A stretch of 63,947 nucleotides of DNA, the filler included, from an uncultured bacterium (GTDB lineage Bacteria; Hinthialibacterota; Hinthialibacteria; Hinthialibacterales; Hinthialibacteraceae), in assembly GCA_964449065.1 (NCBI GenBank). It is 5 parts of 5 records of this genome, joined end to end, with 100 filler letters (N's around TTAATTAATTAA, not from the genome) between each part and the next. Parts side by side here need not be neighbours in the genome. Positions count along the whole stretch, not along the records: positions 27,466 to 40,808 come from CAYVAZ010000132.1; positions 40,909 to 54,217 come from CAYVAZ010000133.1; 3 more parts are not named here. One strand, written 5' to 3'. The position numbers and the translations under genes are program-made. Below the pieces are notes generated by a model. The model was not told the origin of the DNA. It saw only the letters and a list, made by a program, of their open reading frames with translations, and made no database searches. This document shows positions 33,451 through 44,121 of the stretch, piece by piece (the stretch's first letter is position 1; each line of letters starts with the position of its first letter).

Positions 33451-33701
33451 CGGCAATGACGAATGCAGCAATTATTTCGCGGTCGGGTAAATAGGTTCCG
33501 GTATGGGGTTTCCCTCTTCTTTAGCCGATTCATTTCAATGGCTTCCAAAATTTGTTTGACCGGATACGGGTTACCTTCTCCTCTTAAGCCAAATCTGTTT
33601 ATACCTATGCAATTTGAGATTGGCTGCACGTTGAATCCCTACCATCTTCCTTTCGCTGGGCTTACGCCGCGCTTACTCAACAATCCAAAATGGAAACGGT
33701 A

Positions 33702-34151
33702 TTACCAGCGATTGCCAAGAGAGGTTCCCAATACATCTCCACCGCGCAGCGCGTCCAGCATCTCATGTGTGACTTGCGGGTAGATGAGCAGATGCGGCAG
33801 GTCTTCCAGTTCATGCCACTGCATGCCGATGAGGCCGGGTTCCGGGCCGAGGCGTTCTTCGCCGCCGATGCGCTTTGCTGAGAAGTAGAAATTGATCACA
33901 TGCCGATGCTGATCGGGCGGAATGGATTCGGAAATAAACAGCAGGTTCATTACTTTGATTTGAATACCGGTTTCTTCCATGAGTTCACGCACACCCGCTT
34001 CTTCGAGAGTTTCGCCGTATTCCACACCGCCGCCGGGCAACACCCAATATTGCTGATCCCCTTTTTGATGCAGCATCAAGAGAATTTTATTGTTTTCAAC
34101 AAGAACGATCGCGGCGCGCAAGCGTATGTTTTTTTGCGATTCCATTCCCAA
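33702..34151 (-). CDS. NUDIX hydrolase
   Basis: Nudix box PGGGVEYGETLEEAGVRELMEETG. Confidence 0.92.
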   Translation of the reverse strand: MGMESQKNIRLRAAIVLVENNKILLMLHQKGDQQYWVLPGGGVEYGETLEEAGVRELMEETGIQIKVMNLLFISESIPPDQHRHVINFYFSAKRIGGEERLGPEPGLIGMQWHELEDLPHLLIYPQVTHEMLDALRGGDVLGTSLGNRW

Positions 34152-34250
34152 TCCCCATTCCGTTCCTTTTAAATATGGCCGATCTGAATGATTTTATACT
34201 ACCATTGAAACGAGAGAACCATACGTTGGAAAAGGGATGATCCTAAAACA

Positions 34251-34484
34251 TTATGATCCGGATCGATGCATCTCCAGCATCGCGCCCACACTGGAAAGAG
34301 TGGATACAATATAAGGAACCATTACCGTCAGCCCCATTTTAAATAACCGGATTCCATTCACATCCCCATGCAAAATCGCGTCCCCATGATTAATCGCAAT
34401 TAAGACAATGCCTACTATCAAGGCATATTTTAAAGCACGCTGAACCACCTTCGGCTGCATAGCCAAGACCAACCATTGCTTCAT
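34251..34484 (-). CDS. NrtS-family small membrane protein
   Basis: RALKYALIVG.VLIAINHGDA...LT..VPY.VST. Confidence 0.7.
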   Translation of the reverse strand: MKQWLVLAMQPKVVQRALKYALIVGIVLIAINHGDAILHGDVNGIRLFKMGLTVMVPYIVSTLSSVGAMLEMHRSGS

Positions 34485-34573
34485 TGCACCATTCCAATCC
34501 CTAATGTTATTGAAGTATACTGAAATCTATGGCATAGTGACAAATTAAATATCAATTGCAGATGGATGAAACC

Positions 34574-35659
34574 ATGAAAACCTATCTTCTTTTACTCCCA
34601 GCAATCCTGCACCTCACAGCCTACGCAGCTGTTGAGTATACCATTGAAACCTTCGCCGGTAACGGCACCCCCGGATATTCCGGCGACGGCGGTAAAGCCA
34701 CCGAAGCGCAGATCGACAACCCATTCGGCGTTGTAAGAGGCCCGGATGGAGACATCTACTTTTGCGATACCATGAACCACGTCATCCGCAAAGTAACGAG
34801 CGACGGCATCATTCACACGATTGCGGGTAACGGTACCAAAGGCTATTCCGGCGATGGCGGCGATGCGCTCAACGCCCAACTGAACGAACCCTACGAAGTG
34901 CGGTTCGATTCGGACGGGAATATGTTCTTCGTTGAAATGCGCAATCACATCGTCCGCCGGATGGATGCCAAAACCGGGATCATCAGCACGATTGCCGGTA
35001 CCGGCGAGGAGGGGTTTTCCGGCGATGGCGGCAAGGCAACAAAAGCAGCCATGAAGCGGCCGCACAGCATTCAGTTTGATCGCAATGGGGATCTATATAT
35101 CTGCGATATCGGCAACCACCGCATCCGCAAGGTGGATAGGAAATCCGGCATCATTACGACCTTCGCCGGAACCGGTGAACGAAACCCCACACCAAATGGA
35201 GATGCAATCGAAGGGACACCTTTAAACGGCCCGCGCGCGATTGATTTTGATCAAGACGGGAATCTGTGGCTTGCATTGCGTGAAGGCAACGCGGTCTACC
35301 AGCTCGATATAAAAAGCACGACGTTCCATCATATTGCCGGCACAGGAGAGAAAGGTTTCACCGGCAACGGCGGGCCGGCAAAAGAGGCCAAACTATCCGG
35401 ACCAAAGGGCATCAGCATCGGACCGGATGGCAATGTGTATCTGGCCGATACCGAAAGCCATAGCATACGCATGATTAACCCGCGAACCGGAACTTTAGAA
35501 CTCATTGCAGGCACCGGAGAACGCGGCGACGGTCCAGAGGGTGATCCGCTGAAATGCCAAATGGCGAGACTGCACGGCATCTTCGTGGATCAAGACGGCT
35601 CCATCTTCATTGGTGACAGTGAGACCCACCGCGTTCGTGTCATGCGGCCTACACAATAA
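34574..35659 (+). CDS. Exported NHL-repeat beta-propeller protein
   Basis: Signal peptide; six repeats of the TIAG.G..GYSGDGG.A..A.L..P type. Confidence 0.9.
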   Translation: MKTYLLLLPAILHLTAYAAVEYTIETFAGNGTPGYSGDGGKATEAQIDNPFGVVRGPDGDIYFCDTMNHVIRKVTSDGIIHTIAGNGTKGYSGDGGDALNAQLNEPYEVRFDSDGNMFFVEMRNHIVRRMDAKTGIISTIAGTGEEGFSGDGGKATKAAMKRPHSIQFDRNGDLYICDIGNHRIRKVDRKSGIITTFAGTGERNPTPNGDAIEGTPLNGPRAIDFDQDGNLWLALREGNAVYQLDIKSTTFHHIAGTGEKGFTGNGGPAKEAKLSGPKGISIGPDGNVYLADTESHSIRMINPRTGTLELIAGTGERGDGPEGDPLKCQMARLHGIFVDQDGSIFIGDSETHRVRVMRPTQ

Positions 35660-35661
35660 GT

Positions 35662-36219
35662 TTAGTCGTTATGAATTCGCAATGCAGTCACAATCAAATC
35701 GCCGGATGAAACCAGACCGTTAGAAGAATTGTACAAAAAGTGTAAACGGTCTGCATCGTTATCCCGCATGGCATTCATGCTTTGCGCATTCCAGCCCATA
35801 TCCAGTTCCAAATCGGGGCCGAAACTGATTACGACATATCCAACGCCGGATTCGGTAATATAAGGAACCATACCGTAGTCATAATAGTTTTTCGCGCAAG
35901 CAGCGCCGATCGCGCCGTTGGCGTTTTCGTTCGTAAAGAAATCCCGAAACGCTTCCACCGACGACATATAGGCGACCGGAGTGGTCAGCATCTTATAGGC
36001 GTTGACATCCTCGCACGGCCCCCAAAAATCCGGGGGATACAGATTGTTATCCAATTGATACATGGAGAACGCCGTGCTGATGGAACGAAAATCCGCTTTC
36101 ACGCGGGATATTTTGGCTTTCATTTGGGCGTTTAAAAAGTTCGGCACGGCAATCGCCGCCAGAATACCGATAATGGCAACCACAATTAGAAGTTCAATCA
36201 AAGTAAACCCTTTTTTCAT
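35662..36219 (-). CDS. Prepilin-type N-terminal cleavage/methylation domain protein
   Basis: MKKGFTLIELLIVVAIIGILAAIAVPNFLNAQ; AAGGAGA RBS. Confidence 0.9.
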   Translation of the reverse strand: MKKGFTLIELLIVVAIIGILAAIAVPNFLNAQMKAKISRVKADFRSISTAFSMYQLDNNLYPPDFWGPCEDVNAYKMLTTPVAYMSSVEAFRDFFTNENANGAIGAACAKNYYDYGMVPYITESGVGYVVISFGPDLELDMGWNAQSMNAMRDNDADRLHFLYNSSNGLVSSGDLIVTALRIHND

Positions 36220-36309
36220 GTTGCTGTTTATCTCCTTAACATATTTCATGAAAGTATACCCGAAATTGCAAAAAAGTCCTATTGAGGCTACGAATTGAAG
36301 CCCAAAATT

Positions 36310-37935
36310 TTACGCCGGTGGAATATCCGAACTCACATCGAAACGGTCAAACGCCCACGCCAAGGCGGGGATGACCATGAGCGTTTCCAACATCGCAATG
36401 CACCAAGTGGAAATAAAAAACACAGCGTCGGTATAACCGCTTAACCTGTACAAACCATATCCGATTCCGGCAGCAACACCGATTATACTAAGAAAGATGA
36501 AGAATTTAAAAACCAACAGCAGCATAATTTTTCCGATCATGCTGAAGTCGCCCTGCGCCTTGAAATTGCGTGTGGGGATTAATAAAAAGACAAAGTTATC
36601 GACCCCCACAAGAAAAATATTGAACGGCAGGATTAACAGGATCAGGTAAATCCAGTAGATCAGGGCATCGCGCAGCACAAACGGCAAACTGAAGGCAATG
36701 CATTCCAGCAGGGTTAAAAACACCACCGGGACAACAATCTGCCCGGCCGCCAATGCGTGGGAGTCAATCGGCAGTTGCTTTAGCCATTCGAATTGATCCA
36801 AGTCCCGCCGAAAGTCATAGTAAATATACGGCGACAAAAAGATGCTGAAGTACAATAAGATTCCCAGCACAATCCCCACCAGCGCCGCCGGAGAGGCCTT
36901 GGCGGAAAAGAGAAAGGCGCACACCGACGCGGCGGCCATCAAAAAGAAGGTAAACAGCCAATTGCCCAAATTTCGGTTGGCGGCAATAAACTGCCGCCAG
37001 GCAATGGTGCCGATACCGCCCCATCTTGGAAAAACTCGAAACGTGCGGGTTGCCTGCGTTTTTGTGGAAGCGAACACCGAACCGCCGCGCCGTACCTGCT
37101 GAATGCGTTTGTGCATCTTTTGACTGACATGCAGCGAAACCTCCAAATAATTCGCGTCCATGCGAATGACCACCGCCAATACCACGGCGTTCATCAGCAC
37201 TGCCAATGGCAGCCATATCCCCAATGCGGACAGGAGGGAGGGTGTAGAGATCAGGCGGCCAAACACATCGAATGGTGAAAGAAAGATATATACATACGGA
37301 TTGGTATACAGTAATTTCAACAGCGTCAAAACGTGAAACTCCATCAATATCAAACGGTATTGCCACGCTGCCGCTACCACCCCGATAATGACAGCAAGCA
37401 AAGCGGCCTGCCATATTTTGGAGTAGAAGCTCTCATCCACGATTTGCCGGATCAAGATGACAGCCATATTCACCAGGTGAATCAGCAGCAAAGCGAGCAG
37501 GAGCCCCAAAAAAGCGGTAAACCAATTCGGTACATAGCGCAGCAACACCAAACTGAAAACCGTTGCGCTGAAGAGTATGGCACCGCAGGAAGTTATAATT
37601 TTGTAGAAGAGCAATTCCCGCCGGGCAAAGGGCGCGGGAAACAGAAAGTCGATCTCGTTTTGCTTAAACATCACCGCGCGTTCATTGGTATTGGTAAAGA
37701 TTTGGGCCAGCATCAACAGCAGCATAAAGAAGGGAATCATATATTGAATGCCATCATTTTCTTGGGAGGGTATCCAAAACGCGACCATAATTTGGGGCCC
37801 CAACCAAATGCAGATCATGGCTATCGCGGCCAGATAAAAGACGGCTTTTTTGGGAGAACGCAATCCCTTCAGCATGTATTTCAACATGCCGCGGACGCGC
37901 AAATACAGAAGATGAATCAGGGCGGTATGCATCAT
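36310..37935 (-). CDS. Putative ABC exporter permease
   Basis: More than 10 TMs, EIDFLFPAPFARRELLFYK; ATGA overlap with the ATPase gene. Confidence 0.85.
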   Translation of the reverse strand: MMHTALIHLLYLRVRGMLKYMLKGLRSPKKAVFYLAAIAMICIWLGPQIMVAFWIPSQENDGIQYMIPFFMLLLMLAQIFTNTNERAVMFKQNEIDFLFPAPFARRELLFYKIITSCGAILFSATVFSLVLLRYVPNWFTAFLGLLLALLLIHLVNMAVILIRQIVDESFYSKIWQAALLAVIIGVVAAAWQYRLILMEFHVLTLLKLLYTNPYVYIFLSPFDVFGRLISTPSLLSALGIWLPLAVLMNAVVLAVVIRMDANYLEVSLHVSQKMHKRIQQVRRGGSVFASTKTQATRTFRVFPRWGGIGTIAWRQFIAANRNLGNWLFTFFLMAAASVCAFLFSAKASPAALVGIVLGILLYFSIFLSPYIYYDFRRDLDQFEWLKQLPIDSHALAAGQIVVPVVFLTLLECIAFSLPFVLRDALIYWIYLILLILPFNIFLVGVDNFVFLLIPTRNFKAQGDFSMIGKIMLLLVFKFFIFLSIIGVAAGIGYGLYRLSGYTDAVFFISTWCIAMLETLMVIPALAWAFDRFDVSSDIPPA

Positions 37936-38681
37936 TCGGCTGCCGCGGCCTCCGGGGGGTGGGAGGTGGTTTCCGTCATACGGAAAAACACATCTTCCAG
38001 CGTGGTATCTTCACCGGTAAGGGTACGGCGTGCTTCTGCAAGCGAACCAAAATAGCGGCACTCGCCTTGATGCAAAATCAGCAAATGCGAGCACAAGTCT
38101 TCCACCAGCGAAAGCAAATGGGAACTGATGATGATCGCGGCGCCTTCCTGCGCTTTTTCTTGGATGGAATCTTTGGCGTCACGGATCGCGCGGGGGTCAA
38201 GCCCCGTCAACGGTTCATCAAAGATGATCACTTTTGGGTGATGCAGATAGGCGCAACCCAACGCCACTTTCTGTTTCATTCCGCGCGAGAGTTCCTGCGC
38301 GAAGGTGTTGCGTTTGTCTTCCAGAGCAAAGCGTTTAAGGAGTTGTTCCGCGTACCCCTTATAATCATTTACGTTGTAAGCGGATGCCACAAACTCAAAG
38401 TGTTCCCATACGGTGAGCGATTCAAACAAATTCGGGTCATCAGGAATGTAGGCCAAATTTTGTTTGGCCGCGACCGGATTGTCTACAATATCATGCCCGC
38501 ACACTTCTATCTTCCCTTTCGTCGGAGCGATGATTCCCGCTATCGAACGCAGGGTGGTTGTCTTCCCTGCACCGTTCGGGCCAACAAGCCCTAAAACCTC
38601 GCCGGGATTGACGGTAAACGACAAACCACGCACGGCGATAAAATCGCGGTAGAGTTTGTGGTAGTTTTCAACATGGATCAT
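37932..38681 (-). CDS. ABC transporter ATP-binding protein
   Basis: GPNGAGKTT, LSRGMKQK, FDEPLTGLD, SSH. Confidence 0.93.
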   Translation of the reverse strand: MIHVENYHKLYRDFIAVRGLSFTVNPGEVLGLVGPNGAGKTTTLRSIAGIIAPTKGKIEVCGHDIVDNPVAAKQNLAYIPDDPNLFESLTVWEHFEFVASAYNVNDYKGYAEQLLKRFALEDKRNTFAQELSRGMKQKVALGCAYLHHPKVIIFDEPLTGLDPRAIRDAKDSIQEKAQEGAAIIISSHLLSLVEDLCSHLLILHQGECRYFGSLAEARRTLTGEDTTLEDVFFRMTETTSHPPEAAAAE

Positions 38682-38836
38682 TCAGAACGCTCTTATCTTT
38701 TCTAATGTAGAACCAACATCTTGTCATCAATTTGGATTTCGCGAAAGGCTTAATCTCCGTTGGGATTCAGCAATTGAAAATGTCTTGTATTCTTTTACGC
38801 CATGATACTACCGATTATTTTAACTTGTAAAAAATC

Positions 38837-39376
38837 ATGAAAAAAAAAGCCATTTTTTTAGACCGCGACGGTACCCTGATTGTTGATACGGGTTATCCCA
38901 ACGACCCGGAAACAGTGACGTTGATTGACGGTGCCGGGGAAGCCATGCGTGCCTTTCAGCAGGCGGGCTATCTTTTGGTGGTGATCAGCAATCAATCCGG
39001 CATTGGCAGAGGGAAAATAACCCCGGATGAAGCCGAACAAGTATATAAACGTTTTGCGGACCTGTTCGCGAAGGAACAGGTGCAATTTGACGGCGTATAC
39101 CATTGCCCACATGCCCCGGATGAAGATTGCAACTGCCGCAAGCCTAAAACCGGGATGATAGACCAAGCGGTACAGGAACTCGACATTGATGTAGCGCAGT
39201 CCTACACCATCGGCGATAAGCTCAGCGATGTGCAAACGGGAATCAAGGCCGGAACCAAGACAATTCTGTTCCGCGACCACCCCAGCAATGCCGGAAAAGA
39301 CATCCATCCCGATTTCAAAGCCGGCGGATGGCCTCCGATAGTTGAATACATTTTGGTAAACACAGAGCGACAGTGA
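38837..39376 (+). CDS. gmhB: D-glycero-D-manno-heptose 1,7-bisphosphate phosphatase
   Basis: FLDRDGT, SNQSGIGRG, CPH....C.CRKP, IGDKLSD. Confidence 0.9.
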   Translation: MKKKAIFLDRDGTLIVDTGYPNDPETVTLIDGAGEAMRAFQQAGYLLVVISNQSGIGRGKITPDEAEQVYKRFADLFAKEQVQFDGVYHCPHAPDEDCNCRKPKTGMIDQAVQELDIDVAQSYTIGDKLSDVQTGIKAGTKTILFRDHPSNAGKDIHPDFKAGGWPPIVEYILVNTERQ

Positions 39377-39516
39377 ACATAGAGTATTTGAATTGCACGT
39401 CATTGCGACGCATTCTTGCTGGGCATTCAAACAAAGCCATTTGGTATTGTATCCTAAAACTACCATTCGTATTATTCGCGTCTATTCGGGGGTACACAAA
39501 CTTGGGAGGAAGCGCA

Positions 39517-40485
39517 TTGAACACGCAGCAACTGTTAGAGCAATTCAGAGGAAAATCCATCCTGGTCATCGGTGATGTGATTTTGGATGAATATGTCATC
39601 GGCGATGTGAAACGCATCTCACCAGAAGCCCCCGTGCCGGTGGTGGAAATTAAAGAGCGGCTCAATCTACCGGGCGGCGCGGCCAACACGGCCGCGAATG
39701 TTGCCGCGTTGAGCGGCTCGGTGCATCTGTGCGGCGTGGTTGGAAACGATCCGCAAGCCGCGCTATTTCGGGAAGAAATTCAAAAACACAAGATCGCCGG
39801 CGATGGTATTTTTATCGATGAAAGCCGGCCGACCACCATCAAAACCCGCATCATCGCGCGCGATCAGCAAATCACCCGCGTGGACGGTGAAAAGACACAT
39901 GACTTGCCGAAAACCATTGAACTTGAACTCCTGGGATGGGTGAAAGATCGCCTCAATCAAACCGCAGTCTGCATTCTCTCTGATTATCTCAAAGGCGTGT
40001 TATCCCATTCATTCACCCAGCAAGTCATTCAACACGCGAAAAAGTTGAACGTTCCCGTCGTGGTAGACCCCAAAGGGAAAGACTTCAGCAAATACGCTGG
40101 CGCCACTCTGATCAAACCCAACACGTTGGAGTTGGAGCAAGTCACCAATCGCTCAATCGATACCGGTGCTGAACTCATAGAGGCGGGCAATGACCTGCTA
40201 AGCAAGATGGAAGGGTCATCCTTGCTGACTACGCGCGGGTCAAAGGGGATGACCCTGTTTCAACGGGAAAAAGAGCCGATTCACATCCCGGCGAACACGC
40301 GCACGGTCTATGACGTCACCGGCGCGGGAGACACCGTCATCAGCGTGATGGCCCTGGCAATCGCTTCGGAAGCCACGCTGGAAGAAGCCGCCCGCCTCGC
40401 CAACGCCGCCGCGGGGATTGTGGTTGGAAAACTGGGGACAGCCACACTGACAGTGGATGAGATTTTAAAAACCGTGAAGGAATAA
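39517..40485 (+). CDS. rfaE1: D-glycero-beta-D-manno-heptose-7-phosphate kinase (RfaE domain I only)
   Basis: GDVILDEY, RISPEAPVPV, GGAANTA, SDYLKG, VDPK, DVTGAGDT; GGAGG RBS before TTG 39517. Confidence 0.9.
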   Translation: MNTQQLLEQFRGKSILVIGDVILDEYVIGDVKRISPEAPVPVVEIKERLNLPGGAANTAANVAALSGSVHLCGVVGNDPQAALFREEIQKHKIAGDGIFIDESRPTTIKTRIIARDQQITRVDGEKTHDLPKTIELELLGWVKDRLNQTAVCILSDYLKGVLSHSFTQQVIQHAKKLNVPVVVDPKGKDFSKYAGATLIKPNTLELEQVTNRSIDTGAELIEAGNDLLSKMEGSSLLTTRGSKGMTLFQREKEPIHIPANTRTVYDVTGAGDTVISVMALAIASEATLEEAARLANAAAGIVVGKLGTATLTVDEILKTVKE

Positions 40486-40672
40486 TTTTTAAGCCGCGGC
40501 AGATCTATCCGCAACGTCTATCCGTCCCTTACGGATACAGATAAAGGATTTGATGGGTGCATGTTACTTCTCTCGCTGGTTATGCGGCATTATTTATGCG
40601 GCTTTATGCGGCTTAACCAATTTCCGATTGGGTTCGCGAAGTAGTAAATATCAAAGCGTATCCCAACGGCGC

Positions 40673-40785
40673 AAATCCCCCGGAGCCTGCGGCTCCACCC
40701 CCTTATGCAAGGGGGTTTTGGAACGGCGCTCTTGCTTGTGATGAGGCAGGTTCCCCCCTTGTTAAGGGGGGCTAGGGGGGATCGA
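40673..40785. repeat. REP-like composite palindromes, family B (inverted units)
   Basis: Reverse complements of the units in 19642-19747; 23 bp from the contig end. Confidence 0.75.
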
Positions 40786-40808
40786 TAGGCTGACAGTACA
40801 CTTCAATT

Positions 40809-40908
40809 NNNNNNNNNNNNNNNNNNNNNNNNNNNNNNNNNNNNNNNNNNNNTTAATTAATTAANNNNNNNNNNNNNNNNNNNNNNNNNNNNNNNNNNNN
40901 NNNNNNNN
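40809..40908. other. Artificial contig-join spacer
   Basis: N44-TTAATTAATTAA-N44. Confidence 0.95.
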
Positions 40909-41398
40909 AAGCCATTTTCACGTGAGTTTTCGCATCGGAAATTAAAGCGAACGATTGGCATTCACTGCCGGTTCCGGCAGTCGTGGGGATGGCGATGAGC
41001 GGAAGCATCGGTTTCGCTGCCTTTCCAACCCCCCAATAATCCTTCATTTCACCGCCGTTGGTTAGAAGGAAGTTACAGCCCTTGGCCGTATCGAGACTGC
41101 TGCCGCCGCCCAAACCGATGAAGAAATCGATTTGTTCTTGGCGGGCAAACGCGGTACATTCCTTTACGGTATCGGTTGTGGGATTCTCAATGACGCGGTC
41201 AAAACAGGCCACCTGAAAACCCTCTTTTTCCAGAAAACTTTGTACATACCCAGGATGCCCGGCTTGCATTAATCCTTTATCCGTAACCAAGAGCACACGG
41301 CTTCCGCCATGCTTGTTCACGAATTCCGGTACGCGTTCAACCGAACCGTTTCCAAAAACAAGTTCAATTCGCGGATTATAGTGAAAGTCAGTCAGCAT
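40909..41398 (-). CDS. Iron-containing alcohol dehydrogenase, 3'-truncated at contig end
   Basis: LVTDKG, GLGGGSSLDTAK, IPTTAGTGSE. Confidence 0.9.
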
Positions 41399-41447
41399 AG
41401 AGTTCGATGATGAATCTTCGTTGATGGTGATGGGTTTACGGTATAGG

Positions 41448-42899
41448 TCACGCGCTTTTCTTTAATTGTTCCCGCTGAATCGCCCGGCGTTTGTACAGGA
41501 ACTCAAAGAGATTTCCTTCATGGGGCTGATCCCACTTCACGACCGATGTGGGCAGCGCCCCGATGTTCAAACGGTCTACATGCGAACAATCCAACAATTC
41601 ATGAATCCAGTCTTCATCTTCCGTAATCGCGGTTACAACCAATGAATACTCAATGAAATCGAGCATTTCGCTTTGAGGGACTTCTACAATACTCGCGTAG
41701 GGAAACATAAATTCCCGCTTGGCCAACGGATGGTCTAAATCTTCGCAATAAATCAATGTTGGATGCAAGAACGTGCTTCCTTCCAATTCCACTTTACGGG
41801 ATTGATTTCGGTATTTCGCGGTGACATCGATAGCGCCTTTGGTGCGCAGCCCTTCATCGACAGCCCCATCCATGTATTCCGCCATGGCCGGGTTCGCAAA
41901 TGCCGACAGGATTGCATCTTCATCATCCGCCTTGCGGGGCACGATTTCCGCCAAGCGTTTTCCCAATTCTTCCGCGATTTCCTTGGCGTACTTGGGCACA
42001 ACCACCATCGAGGCATTGATGCAGCTGCGGCCGCCATTGGCTGCAATCGAGTTTACCATCACATCGATATAGTCTTTCCAGTTATCAATTTCGTCTTCCC
42101 CGATGAGCACTTTGCTCCAACCGGGGCCGTGTGCCTGCACGCGCGGATTGCCTTCATGCTGTGCGACCGTGTTTTCATCGCCAAAAATAATACTGCGTTG
42201 GCAGGTTTGCATGATGGTGCCCGAACCGTCGTGGCTGGTCGGGTAAAAGCAAAACGCTTCTGGAGGACAACCCGCGGCAATAAACGACTGCATAATGCGG
42301 TACGGCGTCCACGGTTCATCTTTTCCCGGCTTCAAGACAACCGGGATCTTCAATGGAATACTGGGCATCCAAATCGAGTTCACACCGGGTGAATTACTCG
42401 GCAAAATCACACCCATCGCGTTGGTTTCGGGAAAGAAACTAACCGGTGAACCGGCCACAACGCCGATCCCTTGATCCAAAATGCTTAGGTCCAAACCGCG
42501 GGTTAACCCGCCGATGATGGTATCCATCTCCGTGAATACTTCATTTACCTTCGCCATGTTTTTGCGGCAAAGGCTGTGCGGCAATCCGCTGGTTTTTGAC
42601 AAAGTGTGTATAAATTCTTCGGGAGACTGAGTGGCACCGCCAAGACCGAGCGGTAGGGTTGCGTTCATGAAATACTCGCCCGCTTTTTTGCTGATCTCAA
42701 CCAGTTTCCGCGTTGTCATCGAGCGTAAAATGTGAAACGACTCATCAATCTTCATCAAATCACGCCGAATGAGCCCGGCGTTGGCTTGCCCGATCTGTGC
42801 CATCGTCTCGCCGGTGCGGTGATCCTTTACCGGTTTGACATCCATGCTTTCGTAAATTTTTCCGCGGCGCAATACAGGGATTGTAGGTATCATATTCAT
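41448..42899 (-). CDS. Aldehyde dehydrogenase-fold protein (EhpG/LuxC-like, probable acyl reductase)
   Basis: LPSNSP, LKPG, catalytic NGGRSC, EFMFP; HGPGWSK where hydrolytic ALDHs have ELGGK. Confidence 0.8.
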   Translation of the reverse strand: MNMIPTIPVLRRGKIYESMDVKPVKDHRTGETMAQIGQANAGLIRRDLMKIDESFHILRSMTTRKLVEISKKAGEYFMNATLPLGLGGATQSPEEFIHTLSKTSGLPHSLCRKNMAKVNEVFTEMDTIIGGLTRGLDLSILDQGIGVVAGSPVSFFPETNAMGVILPSNSPGVNSIWMPSIPLKIPVVLKPGKDEPWTPYRIMQSFIAAGCPPEAFCFYPTSHDGSGTIMQTCQRSIIFGDENTVAQHEGNPRVQAHGPGWSKVLIGEDEIDNWKDYIDVMVNSIAANGGRSCINASMVVVPKYAKEIAEELGKRLAEIVPRKADDEDAILSAFANPAMAEYMDGAVDEGLRTKGAIDVTAKYRNQSRKVELEGSTFLHPTLIYCEDLDHPLAKREFMFPYASIVEVPQSEMLDFIEYSLVVTAITEDEDWIHELLDCSHVDRLNIGALPTSVVKWDQPHEGNLFEFLYKRRAIQREQLKKSA

Positions 42900-43015
42900 A
42901 TCCAACCTTGTGCTTTAATTTATCATTGAGAGGTATCTTCGTAGGCCTTCAAACGAAGCAACCCGGCTTTCTATTTTATCTTTCTCTGCGTCCTCTGTGT
43001 CTCTGTGGTGAGCTA

Positions 43016-44101
43016 TTAATACACGCCTTCAATAATCTTTTTCTCAGACATGCCGAACGGCCGAACTTCCCCCACGCCTTCCCACGGGTATTGATCGCAG
43101 GGCTTACGGCGGATGGCCTCGTCACGTTCCAAAAAGCGCGGCATAAAAAATTCTTTGGTCAGCGTGGTTAATTCTACCCGGCCCCACTCGCCATACGCAA
43201 CCGTTTTATCCGGCTCATTCGGGTCCGTCATACGCAAAACCGCGCGCGGCTGCGGGGCATAATACGTTAATTCGTAGTTGTTTTCTTTTGTTAATCCGAC
43301 ACTGCACGCAAGTCCCATCAACGTGTTTCCATAAGTGGGTACAAACTGCGTTTTGTTCTCCAGCACTTCTTCGACCATAAAGCGGATTTCTTGTGTGGTC
43401 ATCGATGTCCCGCCGCTGAAGATTCCGGTTATTCCCGCGCCCGGAATGGAAATCCGTTCGCCCAAGGCTTCAATCATTTTCGGCGTTGAGAACAAACAGT
43501 GAACGTCCCGGTTGCGGATCACCGCCATCGCTTGATCGATACAATGTTCTTTATATTCATTGGCTTCTTTGACTTTTTTATCCCGCAGCAGTTTCTTTAC
43601 ATATCTTGGGTCCAAATCAACATGATAACAAATTCCACCGCGAACATTCGCCAAGTGCTCAATGGCCAGCCGCAAACGCCGCGGTCCGGTCGGTCCCAAC
43701 ATCAACCAATTCCCGCCTTTGGGAAAATAGGTATCATCCAACGTGTTTGAGTATTCAGAGTAATCATGAAGATGATCTTCCCAACTGATACGCTGTTTGG
43801 GAAGCCCGGTTGTGCCCCCGGTTTCAAATACTTTAAACGGTTTTCCTTTGTACGCGTTAGGCACCCATTTGGAATGAGGGTCTTTCACTAATGTGGAATC
43901 ATCAAAGTGGGGGAAACGGGTAACATCGTCAAATGATTTCATCTCGTCTATGGGATTCCATCCCTGTTCGTTCGCCCAATCCAACCAATAGGGCGTTCCG
44001 GTTTCGGGCGAAAAGTGCCATTTTATGATTTCCAAAAAATGGGCATCCAACTGTTCTTTCGCTTGATGAACGGCTTCCGGTGTTGCTTCTTTCACGCTCA
44101 T
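43016..44101 (-). CDS. Short ANL-superfamily adenylating enzyme (EhpF/LuxE/PaaK-like)
   Basis: WHFSPETGTPYW, P-loop ETGGTTGLPK, YGNTLMG, GRVELTTL, ERD; about 361 aa. Confidence 0.7.
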   Translation of the reverse strand: MSVKEATPEAVHQAKEQLDAHFLEIIKWHFSPETGTPYWLDWANEQGWNPIDEMKSFDDVTRFPHFDDSTLVKDPHSKWVPNAYKGKPFKVFETGGTTGLPKQRISWEDHLHDYSEYSNTLDDTYFPKGGNWLMLGPTGPRRLRLAIEHLANVRGGICYHVDLDPRYVKKLLRDKKVKEANEYKEHCIDQAMAVIRNRDVHCLFSTPKMIEALGERISIPGAGITGIFSGGTSMTTQEIRFMVEEVLENKTQFVPTYGNTLMGLACSVGLTKENNYELTYYAPQPRAVLRMTDPNEPDKTVAYGEWGRVELTTLTKEFFMPRFLERDEAIRRKPCDQYPWEGVGEVRPFGMSEKKIIEGVY

Positions 44102-44121
44102 GCTGTGTCCCACTCCTGTTT

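Noticed and set aside
41448..44101. Phenazine or bioluminescence cluster
   Set aside because: No phzA-G or luxAB/luxD genes on the contig; only the reductase-like module is shared.
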